Assembly: GCA_963697895.1 (NCBI GenBank)
Contig: OY969100.1
Location: 1,696,001 to 1,760,000 of the forward strand
Origin: an uncultured Methanomicrobiales archaeon
GTDB lineage: Archaea > Halobacteriota > Methanomicrobia > Methanomicrobiales > Methanospirillaceae
Length of the DNA: 64,000 nt
Direction of reading: 5' to 3'
Part shown: piece after piece, positions 51,388 to 62,262 of the stretch
Layout of the letters: each line of letters opens with the position of its first letter
Numbering within the stretch: the first letter of the stretch is position 1
Translations under genes and position numbers: made by a program
Notes under the pieces: generated by a model
Database searches by the model: none
What the model was told of the DNA's origin: nothing
Seen by the model: the letters and a program-made list of their open reading frames with translations, nothing else

Positions 51388-53809
51388 ATGTCCGAGATTC
51401 ACCTGAAGGTTGATAGTGCCTATCCTGGCGACCAGGGGGGAGGAAAAGCACGGCTCGACCCGGAGACAATGCTGTTTCTCAAAATTTCCCCCGGGGATAT
51501 TGTGGCAATCGAGGGAAAGCGGCGTACTGTTGCAAAGGTCTGGCGTTCTTTGGTCGAAGACTGGAACCAGCATAAAATACGAATCGATAACTTCACCCGA
51601 ACAAATGCGGGGGTGAGCATCGGGGATACGGTTAAAATCTCCACGATAAAAGATGAGATCGAGGCGAAACGGGTAGTACTCGCACCACCGGAAGACTTAC
51701 CGAAGAATATCCCGATCAGCAACAATCCCCACGTGCTGAATGCCCTCATCGACTTTCCCGTGGTTAAAAATGATTCCGTTCCGATCATGGTCGGCCTTCC
51801 TTTTATTCAGCCTCAGATCGTCGCATACAAAGTAGTCGAGATTGAGCCCGAACAGGCGGTTATCATCTCGAAAAACACGCAGATTGAGTTTTCCGAGAAA
51901 CCGGCCGCGGGGTTCGAAGGCGTAAAAAGAATATCCTACGAGGACATCGGTGGGCTTAAGGACGAACTCCAGCGGCTTCGCGAGACGATCGAGCTCCCCC
52001 TTCGTCATCCGGAGATCTTCCAGAAACTGGGAATAGAACCGCCAAAGGGGGTCCTTCTGTATGGTCCCCCCGGCACAGGGAAGACGCTTATCGCGAAAGC
52101 GGTCGCAAACGAGAGTGGTGCCCATTTTATCTCCATTGCAGGCCCTGAGGTGATCTCCAAATACTATGGTGAGAGCGAGCAGCGCCTCCGGGAAGTCTTT
52201 GAGGAGGCAAGGTCGAATGCTCCGTCCATCATCTTCATCGATGAACTCGATTCGATTACCCCGAGGCGGGAAGAAGTTACGGGCGAGGTCGAACGCCGGG
52301 TTGTGGCACAGTTGCTCACGATGATGGATGGACTTGAGGAACGCGGGCAGGTCGTCGTGATCGGGGCGACAAACCGGCTTGATGCTATCGACCCGGCCCT
52401 GCGGAGGCCCGGCCGGTTCGATCGAGAGATTGAGATCGGGGTACCCGGGGAGCCCGACCGTATCGAGATCATGAAGATCCATACCAGAGGGATGCCGCTC
52501 TCCGAGGACGTGAAGATGGATCTCCTGGCGCAGCAGACCCATGGATTCGTCGGTGCGGACCTAGCCGCGCTTGCACGGGAAGCGGCAATCCGGGCGTTGC
52601 GGCGATATCTCCCTTCCATCGATCTCGATGCAAAGGAGATCCCTCAGGAAGTCCTCGATACGCTCGCGGTATTGCCGGGCGATTTCAGGAGTGCACTCCG
52701 GGATGTCAGCCCGAGTGCGATGAGGGAGGTGATGCTTGAAGTGTCACATGTTACCTGGCAGGATGTCGGCGGACTTGACGAGGCAAAACAGGATGTCCGG
52801 GAGGCGGTCGAGTACCCGCTCAGCAGGAGGCAGCAGTTCGAGGATCTCGGCATCACCCCGCCACGGGGAGTACTGCTCTACGGTCCTCCCGGGACGGGAA
52901 AAACCCTCATCGCAAAAGCGGTAGCAAACGAGAGTGGTGCGAATTTCATCGCGATTCGGGGACCCCAGACTCCTCTCGAAATGGGTGGGGGAGAGTGAAC
53001 GGGCAGTTCGTGAAGTCTTTAAAAAGGCCAGGCAGGTAGCCCCGTCGATCATCTTCTTCGATGAGCTTGATGCCCTCACCCCCGCACGGGGGAGCAGCGG
53101 GGAGTCGCACGTGTTCGAGAGCGTATTAAACCAGCTGCTGACGGAGATGGACGGGCTCCAGGAGCTGAAAGATATGGTGGTAATGGGTGCCACAAACCGG
53201 CCGGATATCGTTGACCCCGCGCTTCTTCGCGCCGGACGGTTCGATCGGCTGGTATACATCGGTGAACCCGATCTCCCGGATCGGAAAAGAATCCTCGACA
53301 TTCACACCCGGACCATGCCGATCGAAGGTTCTGTCTTCGAAACGGTCATGCAGCTGACTGCGGCATTCGATGAGAATGTAATCGGGGACCTTGCCACCGC
53401 ACTGGGAACAGATCGGGAGTGTACGATCGACGATATCAGGGCCGAGATCGCGAAGATCAAGCCGAAAGAGGAGGAAAAACTGAACCGGGGGCAACGGAGA
53501 TCCCTGATCCTGGAACAATTCCAGCTGAATCACCTCACCATCAGGGATCCCGTGAAAGAAGAGATGGTCACCTCGATCGCCCAACAAACGGAGGGATTTG
53601 TCGGTGCCGACCTTGAGGCACTCTGCCGGGAAGCGGGTATGTTTGCGATGAGAGAAGGATCTCCGGTGGTGAGCTCCCGCCATTTCGAAGCAGGACTGGC
53701 AAAGGTTCACCCGACCATGAACGACCGGCTGCGGGAGTCGTACATGCGAATCCAGCAGCATTTCAAGGGTGGACTACCGAAGGAAGTCCAGCCACCGGAA
53801 TATCAGTGA
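51388..53809 (+). CDS. cdc48: CDC48/VCP-family AAA+ ATPase, split by a +1 frameshift at ~52969
   Basis: Two [11 protein letters not shown] modules; removing A52969 restores [15 protein letters not shown] and an 806-aa ORF. Confidence 0.92.
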
Positions 53810-53987
53810 TCCGCATTCCATCCATTTTCGGCCCTTGAAATACCGGATTGGAAGATCCGCAGAGAACTTTACCCCCAGAACCGCGGAAATCTGCTCCCCG
53901 GCGTTTTTTAGAAGAACCGGTGGACAGGAATGGGGAAGCCTTAAATAATGGACGCAGACAGATACACGAGAAGGGAGTTAATAACCG

Positions 53988-54581
53988 TTGGCGAAAGCAT
54001 CCAAGCGTTCCAGTGGAATAGTCGGGCTTGATCCGGTCATCGACGGGGGGTTTCCCTATGGCACGGTGATCGTGGTGACAGGGTCCCCGGTTTCCGGTGT
54101 CGAACATTTCGCGCGGCAGTTCTGGGAAGCGGGTGAAGAAAACGGGGAAAAGGGGGCCTATGTGATGATCGACGGGGATATCGAAACCGGAATGGTCGAT
54201 GCAAAACATCTCCCCACCGAGAATATTCTGCCCCTCCTGGAGGGTGAACGGGTGGTGGTGGACTCACTCTCGGGTCTGATTCTCAAGCATGGAATCGATT
54301 CCGCCTTTATCTGTATCACCGCGGCGAAAAAGCACTGCCGATCCACCGGAGCAAATGTAATTTTTACCTATTACACTGGCCTCCACACCCCGGTCGATAA
54401 CCTGCGGGTCACGCGGACGGCCGATGTGCTGATTGAACTCAAGGAACTGTTCACGGCAAACGAGATCGAGCGACAACTCATGGTGCACAAGATTAAGGGT
54501 ATGACTATTCCAAAACGACTGATCCCGTACAACATCACGGAAAAAGGCATCGAACTCTCCACCACCTCGCGCGTGGTATAG
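53988..54581 (+). CDS. RAD55/KaiC-like RecA-fold protein with degenerate Walker A
   Basis: SSGIVGLD..IDGGFP, GSPVSGVEHF, VVVDSLS, ADVLIEL, R.L..HKIKG, ITEKGI. Confidence 0.8.
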   Translation: MAKASKRSSGIVGLDPVIDGGFPYGTVIVVTGSPVSGVEHFARQFWEAGEENGEKGAYVMIDGDIETGMVDAKHLPTENILPLLEGERVVVDSLSGLILKHGIDSAFICITAAKKHCRSTGANVIFTYYTGLHTPVDNLRVTRTADVLIELKELFTANEIERQLMVHKIKGMTIPKRLIPYNITEKGIELSTTSRVV

Positions 54582-54612
54582 AGCGACCGGCCTCATGGCC
54601 TCCTCCCGTCGT

Positions 54613-55515
54613 TCAGAGTTCCGATCGGACTTCCCGCGCAGCGAAGACCATATTCTGCAGCTTATGGAATGCGGTCTCCCGGGTATGCATCCGGAGCCCA
54701 CAATCAGGGTCTATTATCATCCGTTCCGCACCAAATGCCGTTATTCCCAGAAAGATCTGTTCCCTGATAACGGATACCGGATCAACTGTGGGGGCACTCG
54801 AGTCGATGCACCCGTACCCGATCATGCGTCCCCCCAGATCCTTCCTTGATACAAGTTCCAGATTCGAGGGGTTTTTGGTGAATTCGAAATCGAGTACCTG
54901 CACCGGTATCCGGATGAGTTCATCGATTACCCCGGAGAGGTCGCCACAGACATGGAGGCAGACAGGTACCTTCACCCGGGAGAGGATCACCTGCAGCGCC
55001 TCCATTCCACTCTGCAGGTCAGCCATTCCCGTGGAGAAGATCGGCTCATCAATCTGCAACAGGGTCACCCCTGCCTCTTCCAGCGCGATCGCCTCCGGCA
55101 GGAGAGCCTGCGCAAGATCTACTGCGAGTTCTCCGCGGTTCCGGTAGACCGGGGTATCGATATGGAGGCCATGGGAGAGGGTCGTGGGTCCGGTCAGTAT
55201 CCCCTTCACGAAGGGTGATCTGCGAAGGGCATAGCGGGTATCTGCAAGGGTGATCGCAACAGGCGTTGCCATCACCTTACTAATCACGGACTGTCCGCGG
55301 ATTCCCGGAAGCCGGCCGGCAAACATGTTCACCATGTCCCCCCTGACCTGGCCGTCCGAGATAATATCGACCCCTGCTGCAACCTGGTCGCTGACCGCGG
55401 TTCTGACCGCATATTTCAGGGGATCCCAAAAAGAACCCCATCCTCTTCCCTGCACGACAGGGTAGCTGCCAACAACCGTCGTGGGGAGAATCTTCCCCGC
55501 CAGGAGTGGTTTCAT
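54613..55515 (-). CDS. Core (single-domain MetE-like) methionine synthase
   Basis: TTVVGSYP, SDGQ.R, TGP.T, QIDEP, LHVCG, PDCGL. Confidence 0.88.
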   Translation of the reverse strand: MKPLLAGKILPTTVVGSYPVVQGRGWGSFWDPLKYAVRTAVSDQVAAGVDIISDGQVRGDMVNMFAGRLPGIRGQSVISKVMATPVAITLADTRYALRRSPFVKGILTGPTTLSHGLHIDTPVYRNRGELAVDLAQALLPEAIALEEAGVTLLQIDEPIFSTGMADLQSGMEALQVILSRVKVPVCLHVCGDLSGVIDELIRIPVQVLDFEFTKNPSNLELVSRKDLGGRMIGYGCIDSSAPTVDPVSVIREQIFLGITAFGAERMIIDPDCGLRMHTRETAFHKLQNMVFAAREVRSEL

Positions 55516-56804
55516 GGGACCATTCGATGCCTGTCTCGGGGGAAAAGCACCGCTTCCCGGATATTCGGGAGCCCGAGCATGGTCATTACCAGCCGTTCGG
55601 CCCCCAGTCCCCACCCTGCATGTGGCGGCATGCCGAAACAGAACGGTGCCAGATAAAACGCGAAATTTTCAGGGTTCAGCCCCTTTGACCGGAGCTGGCG
55701 CACGAGCTGATCATACTGGTGCACCCGCTGGGCCCCGCTGGCGAGTTCCATCCGTGGGTGCATCAGGTCGAATGCCTTACAGATCACCGGGTCATGCTCA
55801 CAGGGCATCGCGTAATACGGACGGGTCTCTGTCGGCCAGTCGACGATGAAGTAATGTTCACCCATCTCATCGCCGATCGCCTTCTCAGCCACGGTGCCGA
55901 TGTCATCACCGAACCGCATCTCTTCACCGGTCTTCCGTTGGGCGATACTGATCGCCTCCGCATACGGGAGCCGGGGGAACGGGTGATCCGGGGCGCAGAA
56001 ACAGGGAAGATCCAGCAGCTCCAGCTGGGACGGGCAGTCTTGTCCTACCGTTTCATAGACACTGATTACCAGGTCTTCCAGGAGTTCCATCACCGCATGA
56101 TGATCGGTGAATGATACCTCGATGTCGACCGATGTTGCTTCATTCAGGTGTTTCGTGGTATTATGTTCCTCTGCCCGAAATATCGGACCGATCTCGAAGA
56201 CCTTCTCGAATCCGGCCGCCATCATCATCTGCTTATAGAGCTGGGGGCTCTGATTCAGGAACGCCTCCTTCTCGAAGTAGGCGATAGGGAACAGCTCGGT
56301 GCCACCTTCGGTGGCAGCCGCGACGATCTTCGGGGTGGTTATATGGATAAATTTTCGTTCGAAGAGAAATTCGTTGATGGAACGGATTATGGTGCTGCGA
56401 ATCTGGAAGATTGCCGCGACCCGCGGCTTGCGTGCATCCAGATACCGGGAATCAAGCCGGGTATCGAGGTCGGCAGGCACTTTTTCCACAACATCGAGCG
56501 GCATCGGGCTTGCGCTTGCGCTGACGATCTCGAAGGAATCGGGCACGAGTTCCCGACCTCCCGGCGCTTTGTCGATCGCTTTCACCGTGCCGGTTACGGT
56601 TACGATCGATTCCCGCGACACCTCTTTTATTGCAGAAAGAACCGCATCCGTAGCCCTTTTCTTCGGAACGGTGACCTGGATTATCCCTGTCCTGTCCCGG
56701 ATAAGAAAGAAGGTGAGCCCGCCGAGGTCCCGAACTTCATGTACCCACCCGGTTATTTCAGCCGCGCCCGTCTCCGGCAGAACCTCGCATATCGGTATCC
56801 GCAT
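55512..56804 (-). CDS. aspS: Aspartate--tRNA ligase, archaeal, probably non-discriminating
   Basis: [10 protein letters not shown] and KAPGG (His/Pro of the ND type), [33 protein letters not shown]. Confidence 0.95.
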   Translation of the reverse strand: MRIPICEVLPETGAAEITGWVHEVRDLGGLTFFLIRDRTGIIQVTVPKKRATDAVLSAIKEVSRESIVTVTGTVKAIDKAPGGRELVPDSFEIVSASASPMPLDVVEKVPADLDTRLDSRYLDARKPRVAAIFQIRSTIIRSINEFLFERKFIHITTPKIVAAATEGGTELFPIAYFEKEAFLNQSPQLYKQMMMAAGFEKVFEIGPIFRAEEHNTTKHLNEATSVDIEVSFTDHHAVMELLEDLVISVYETVGQDCPSQLELLDLPCFCAPDHPFPRLPYAEAISIAQRKTGEEMRFGDDIGTVAEKAIGDEMGEHYFIVDWPTETRPYYAMPCEHDPVICKAFDLMHPRMELASGAQRVHQYDQLVRQLRSKGLNPENFAFYLAPFCFGMPPHAGWGLGAERLVMTMLGLPNIREAVLFPRDRHRMVP

Positions 56805-56972
56805 AACAAATCCTATTACTATGGGTGCCGGGGGATTATGGGTTTTTGCCATCTCCTATAAAAAGGCAGCAACGTGAACCGTGGGATTGCATAACCCCCG
56901 GCTCGGATCGCGGACCTTTGGGGGTTCGGTATGGACGATGGGATTGCGGGCAGCCGTTACCCGTCAGTACCA

Positions 56973-57632
56973 TCAGGTCCTTGCGATCATGCCCCGGATC
57001 TTTTGTTCGGTTGGGGGAATCTCGTCCTGGATCGCACTCCAGAGAAGAACCCAGTCCACACCGAACGGGTTCTGGAGGAGGTTATCCCGCAATCCCCTGA
57101 GAATTCCCCAGGGAACGTCCGGGTGCGCTTCGCGGAGTAGGGGGGATAATCCCGCTGCAGCCTCGCCGATCTGTTCCATACTCCAGCATACGGCACGTTT
57201 CATCTGTTCGTCCCGGATAAACTCCTCAAACGACACCGTCTTTTTCCGTTGCTGGATGAACATGCATTCCCGCAGGATCTGCTGGAGCTTCACCCGGTCA
57301 TCGTCCGCACCGGTCCGGTCAGAAACGGGGCGGGAGTGCTCTCCCGAATTAAGCAACCGTGTGGTAACGAGTGTGACCTTCTTTCCGAACTTTTCTTCGA
57401 GGTAGGCGATGAGCCGCATATAATTCCCGAACCGGTCCCGGGATGGATCGAACTCAACCTGGAGCTCAACGACATCATGAGCGGGTTCCTCTCCCTGTGC
57501 GAACCGCCCGAAGATACCGATGGATCGAATACCAAAGAGTTTCTTCAACACCGGGAACTGCGAGTTGAGACTGATAAAAATCTCCTCGCGGAGGGTCTCG
57601 GATGGTTTTTCGGTCATATAATCGGTCACCAT
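56973..57632 (-). CDS. Fused minimal nucleotidyltransferase (MNT) and HEPN/DUF86 protein with degenerate catalytic motifs
   Basis: N-terminal FGIRSIGIFGRFAQGE..VELQVEF..LEEKFGKKVTLVT; C-terminal EQIGEAA..LS..HPDVPW..LRDNLLQNPFGVDW..LW. Confidence 0.8.
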   Translation of the reverse strand: MVTDYMTEKPSETLREEIFISLNSQFPVLKKLFGIRSIGIFGRFAQGEEPAHDVVELQVEFDPSRDRFGNYMRLIAYLEEKFGKKVTLVTTRLLNSGEHSRPVSDRTGADDDRVKLQQILRECMFIQQRKKTVSFEEFIRDEQMKRAVCWSMEQIGEAAAGLSPLLREAHPDVPWGILRGLRDNLLQNPFGVDWVLLWSAIQDEIPPTEQKIRGMIART

Positions 57633-58053
57633 TTATTTCCCGGTGCAGCGCCGGGTTCTGGAGGGGTGTTCTGATCCCGTATTACCTCCTGTTGATCTGT
57701 TCCGGCACCTCAAAAATGCAATGGAACCGGATCGACAAGTGAAGGATTTCAGCTGCCCGGAAAACCAGGTCCGAAACAACGCTTTAAAGATGCTTATTAT
57801 AACCATTCCCACAAGGATTGTATTTACAAAGCCTGCCGGGATCGGTATAGATCATTATGCGGGGGTTCTTCCGCAGGGAAGCTTTATAAATAAGGGTATG
57901 ATGACCTCCCTTTGGCCGGAAAAGGAATATCTTTTTCCAATTGTGCTATCAGTCCTCCATGATCCCTGTTCCTTCTCCTCGTCGCAGCCGATCTCATCTA
58001 TTCATGATTGGGGAATCCCGAAGGAGATCGATCCGTTTCATCCTTGTCATAGA

Positions 58054-58980
58054 TCATATCCCTCCTCCATTCTTACCTCCTCTCTTCCGTATCAGGCGCA
58101 GTACCGTGGATGCAAGCGCCCGGCTTTTCTGTTCATCCACCATGAGGGTATCCAACCGGACAGCTCCGGGAAGATTCACGGTATCGCGTACGTCCTGGAT
58201 AAAGAGGTCGAGGAGATCGGAGTAGACCCCGGCGGTACCAATGGAATTCGGAGGATAACCCTCTGCGGTCATCAGAGCGCCGGCCGGTCCGCTGACGGGG
58301 GCATCCCCGATAAATGGACTGATGCCGACGACATATTGTTCCGCAAGCGCCTCCCGGACCCCCCGACATCTCAGGATGGGAAGGATGCTGGTGATTGGAT
58401 TGCTCGGCCCGATGACGACCGCCTCACAATCCTGGATTGCGTCCAGTACCTCCCTGCTCGCAGGGGGAGGATCCTGCGGATACCATTCCACACCCATAAC
58501 CTCCCCGGCACCCCGGTTTTTCACCCAGAACTCCTGGAAATGGATCGATCCTGCCGGGGTCTTTACCCGTGTCGTCACCCCGGCATCGGTCATCGGGAGG
58601 ACGGATGCACGGACTCCGAAAAGGCGACAGAGGCTGACGGTCGCTTCGGTGAGACTGCATCCCCTGCGGAGCAGGTCTGCCCGTGCGATATGGACGGCCC
58701 GGTCCCGGTCGCCGATCGCGATGAATTCATCCGGGCTCAAATCTTTCAGCATCTCATGGGTAGTGAAGGTGTCGCCCCGGAGTCCCCACCAGGTATCTGT
58801 ATCGAGAACCCCGGAAAAAAGGTACATTACCGTATCGAGATCGGGTGAGATATGATTGCCGCTCACCCAGATGTCTTCACCGGTGTTTACGACGACAGAG
58901 ATCTGGTCGTCATCGAGAACCTGACGCATTCCGCGGATAAGTTTCGGGGTGCCGGTTCCACCCGAAAGAAACGTGATCAT
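58054..58980 (-). CDS. cofD: 2-phospho-L-lactate transferase (F420 biosynthesis)
   Basis: [47 protein letters not shown]. Confidence 0.95.
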   Translation of the reverse strand: MITFLSGGTGTPKLIRGMRQVLDDDQISVVVNTGEDIWVSGNHISPDLDTVMYLFSGVLDTDTWWGLRGDTFTTHEMLKDLSPDEFIAIGDRDRAVHIARADLLRRGCSLTEATVSLCRLFGVRASVLPMTDAGVTTRVKTPAGSIHFQEFWVKNRGAGEVMGVEWYPQDPPPASREVLDAIQDCEAVVIGPSNPITSILPILRCRGVREALAEQYVVGISPFIGDAPVSGPAGALMTAEGYPPNSIGTAGVYSDLLDLFIQDVRDTVNLPGAVRLDTLMVDEQKSRALASTVLRLIRKRGGKNGGGI

Positions 58981-59030
58981 TACTCAATACTTTTATCAGG
59001 TCTATATGAAGATGCTGTACCGATCGGCAC

Positions 59031-60233
59031 ATGAAAATCATCAAGGATCCGGTTCATGGCGATATTGAGGTCGCGAATACCTATCTCCCTCTTCTTGACG
59101 CACCGGTCCTCCAGCGCCTCCGGTACATCAGGCAGCTGGGGTTTTCATACCTGGTCTATCCCGGGGCAAATCACACCCGCTTTGAGCATTCGCTCGGGAC
59201 CCTGTATCTCGCCGACATGATGTGCCGAAAACTCGGTCTTATGAGGGACGATCACCGGCTCGTGGTAGCGGCTGCCCTGCTCCATGATATCGGACATGGC
59301 CCCTTTTCTCACGCGATAGAACCCCTGATGGAGGATCTCATGCACCGCAGTCACCATGAGATACGGGAATTTGTCGGGGGGGGGACTACCGGTTCGATCC
59401 TCCAGGGTCTCGGGATCGATCCCGATGAGGTCTCCCGGGTGGTTGCCGGTACCCATCCGCTGTCCGGAATCATCCATGGAGACCTGGATGTGGACAGGAT
59501 GGACTACCTGCTCCGCGATGCCCATTACACGGGGGCTCCCTACGGAACAGTGGATGCACATCGCCTGATCCGGAATACACTCATTGCGGATGGCCGGATC
59601 GTCCTGCAGGAAAACGGGATCAACGCGGCAGAATCACTTATCCTTGCCCGAACGCTCATGCGGCCGGCCGTGTACTTCCATCATGTCAGCAGGATCGCAG
59701 AGACGATGTTTAACTACGCCGTGTACGAGCATATCAGGGATCGACCCGGTTCAGCGAAGGGAATCATGCAGATGGATGACGCAGCCTGTATGCAACTCCT
59801 CCGTTCATCCGATCAGCCGGTTGCACGACTCCTCGCAACCCGGATATACGACCGTGCGCTGTACAAGCGGGCACTCTATGTGGGCAAGGACCAGGTAAAT
59901 ACCGCGTCTCTGGCTGAATATACGGATATGGGGAAAAGGAGGAATATCGCAGGAGAAATAGCGGAAAATTCCGGCCTGGAGCCTCACGAAGTTCTTCTGG
60001 ACATCCCGCCCTTCCCTCACGCGATGTCCATGGAAGTTGTGGTAAAAAACCGGCACCAGGTCATCGGTCTGGAAGAGATCTCTCCGCTTATGAATACCCT
60101 CAATGAAACACGTCAGGGACAGTGGCGGCTGGGTGTCTATACCCCCCGCGGGTCGATGAAAGCGGTTGCGGAAGAAGCGGCTGATATTCTGCATGTCAGG
60201 CCGGTCACCCGCCAGGAGACGCTGCCGCTCTAA
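59031..60233 (+). CDS. HD-domain phosphohydrolase (SAMHD1/dNTPase-like)
   Basis: DPVHG, QRLR.I.QLG, HTRFEHSLG, LLHDIGHGPFSH, DVDRMDYL.RD. Confidence 0.9.
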   Translation: MKIIKDPVHGDIEVANTYLPLLDAPVLQRLRYIRQLGFSYLVYPGANHTRFEHSLGTLYLADMMCRKLGLMRDDHRLVVAAALLHDIGHGPFSHAIEPLMEDLMHRSHHEIREFVGGGTTGSILQGLGIDPDEVSRVVAGTHPLSGIIHGDLDVDRMDYLLRDAHYTGAPYGTVDAHRLIRNTLIADGRIVLQENGINAAESLILARTLMRPAVYFHHVSRIAETMFNYAVYEHIRDRPGSAKGIMQMDDAACMQLLRSSDQPVARLLATRIYDRALYKRALYVGKDQVNTASLAEYTDMGKRRNIAGEIAENSGLEPHEVLLDIPPFPHAMSMEVVVKNRHQVIGLEEISPLMNTLNETRQGQWRLGVYTPRGSMKAVAEEAADILHVRPVTRQETLPL

Positions 60234-60298
60234 AAAGGAGCGGATAAAAAATAAATCATTAAATACAGCCAGAATGAAAATGAGAGCACGGGGTTTTC

Positions 60299-60742
60299 AT
60301 GATACTGGAAGAATGGATCGTCGTCGTGACAGGGGCGGTGTTGATTGTGCTCGCGCTCTGCATCACGTACGCGGTGATGGCGGGGCGGGAACAGAAGTTA
60401 TTCAGGAATGTTCAGAAGATGAAGGTCTATGAAGACTTCTTTCAGGCCATAACGGAGATAAACGTCGCATCCGGGGATGAATCCAACCTGAAACGGGGGA
60501 AGATGCATCTTGCACGGACGTTGAACCGTCTGAATATCATATCAAGCAGGGAAGTGCTCACGAACGTAAACGAGCTCCTGGAGTATCTGAACGAGGTCCA
60601 GGATAAGGACTATGATCAGCTCAAAGAGCTGAATATCCTGAACGCAATCGTCCGCGCCGTACGGAATGATCTGGATCCGCGGAGTGCGCGGATGTTCGAA
60701 GAGGGACAGTTCCGGTTCCGTTTCTACTCACCGCCACGGTGA
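60299..60742 (+). CDS. Hypothetical protein with N-terminal membrane anchor
   Basis: 147-aa ORF; hydrophobic N-terminal helix followed by a charged helical region. Confidence 0.65.
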   Translation: MILEEWIVVVTGAVLIVLALCITYAVMAGREQKLFRNVQKMKVYEDFFQAITEINVASGDESNLKRGKMHLARTLNRLNIISSREVLTNVNELLEYLNEVQDKDYDQLKELNILNAIVRAVRNDLDPRSARMFEEGQFRFRFYSPPR

Positions 60743-61024
60743 TGGGAGGGACGTCCCCCTTTTTCATATGTCTCCTCCGGGGACTCAGGGAAAAATGTAA
60801 TCCGCAGTCCGGTGGGATTCTCCCGCTTACCCGACGGCATAAGTTCTTTCCGATGGAACTCACATCTCTATGCACCGGAGGTAAGGACCGGGTATTCCGG
60901 CCCGTAAAAGGGCCGTTCACTCGTCTCACGGGCCCTTAAACCGGCACGGAAAATCACGATTCAATGACCGGTGCAGCCCGGTCGGCAGATAGTGTAGTCG
61001 GAGGATGATACAGTGGAGTCAGGG

Positions 61025-62260
61025 ATGCGGCAGTTTATCGGGCAGATGAGGGAGCTCGGGCGGGTGGTCGATGTTGAGGAGGAGTGCTCTCCCGAGTTTG
61101 AAGCTCCGAGAATGGCGAGTGAAACGGACAAACTCCTCTTCTTCCACCGTCTGGGAGGCGCCCGTGGGGTGATGAATGTCACCGCAACGAGAGGCGCTCT
61201 CGCCTGTGCGCTGGGGATGCCGGAGAGAGAGCTGGTGAAGACCCTCGCTTCGGCCTGTCAGGACGGAACAGTGGTAGAAGATGGCCGCGTACCATCCGGA
61301 GAACCGGATCTTTCACGGCTCCCGGTCATGTGGCACTTTCCCCGCGATGCAGGGCGGTATATCACCGCCGGTATCGTATTTTCGCGGTACGGGGAAGAGG
61401 AGAACGCCTCCATTCACCGGATGCTGGTCCTCGACGATCGTCGGGTTGCGGCCCGCCTCGTGGAAGGACGGCATACCCATACCATGTACCGGGCAGCCCT
61501 TGCGGCGGGGGAGCGGCTCCCCGTGGCGGTCGCGATCGGTGTTCACCCTGCGGTCACTTTTGCAAGTTGTACCCGGGTCCCCCGCGGACAGGAACTCGCG
61601 TACGCGGCACATCTGCTCGGCGGGGAGATCCGGGTCAGGAGATGCGGCAACGGGGTCCTCGTCCCGGAAGCAGAGGTGATCCTTGAAGGGTATATCGGCG
61701 GGGAACGTCATGCCGAGGGTCCCTTTGTCGATATATCGGGTACGTACGATATCGTGCGCAATGAACCGGTCATCGAATTTACCGGGATGCATTGTGCTCG
61801 CGATTGCATCTACCACGGGATTCTTCCCGGGGGGGCCGAACACCGGCTCCTGATGGGTGCCCCGTACGAACCCCGGATATTCCAGGCGGTCAACGGGGTA
61901 ACGGAGGCACGGAATGTGGTGCTGACACGGGGAGGATGCGGGTACTTCCACGCAGTACTCCAGATCCGGAAAAATACCCAGGGGGATGCGAAGAATGCCA
62001 TCATGGCAGCATTTGCCACACACACATCACTCAAGCACGTGGTGGTGGTGGATGAGGACATAGACCCGAATGATCCGTACGACGTGGAGTTCGCGATCGC
62101 CACCCGGGTGCGGGGGGATCGGGACATCATGGTGATCACCGGGGTTCGCGGCTCTTCGCTTGATCCCTGCCAGATGGCGGATGGGACGAATGTGAAAGTC
62201 GGCGTTGACGCGACCATGGAACTCGGGCGGGAAGGGGAATTCATCCGGGCCGGATGGTGA
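61025..62260 (+). CDS. UbiD-family prFMN decarboxylase (likely anhydromevalonate-phosphate decarboxylase)
   Basis: DAGRYIT, NASIHR, EGPFVD, VVVVDEDID, GSSLDP, GVDAT; adjacent to AcnX. Confidence 0.88.
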   Translation: MRQFIGQMRELGRVVDVEEECSPEFEAPRMASETDKLLFFHRLGGARGVMNVTATRGALACALGMPERELVKTLASACQDGTVVEDGRVPSGEPDLSRLPVMWHFPRDAGRYITAGIVFSRYGEEENASIHRMLVLDDRRVAARLVEGRHTHTMYRAALAAGERLPVAVAIGVHPAVTFASCTRVPRGQELAYAAHLLGGEIRVRRCGNGVLVPEAEVILEGYIGGERHAEGPFVDISGTYDIVRNEPVIEFTGMHCARDCIYHGILPGGAEHRLLMGAPYEPRIFQAVNGVTEARNVVLTRGGCGYFHAVLQIRKNTQGDAKNAIMAAFATHTSLKHVVVVDEDIDPNDPYDVEFAIATRVRGDRDIMVITGVRGSSLDPCQMADGTNVKVGVDATMELGREGEFIRAGW

Positions 62261-62262
62261 GT

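Noticed and set aside
57643-58848. 401-aa + strand ORF
   Set aside because: Mostly antisense to cofD with no motifs; a shadow ORF
60742-60940. GC-rich hairpins and a 66-aa ORF upstream of ubiD
   Set aside because: No promoter, closing stem or protein motif to support a discrete element
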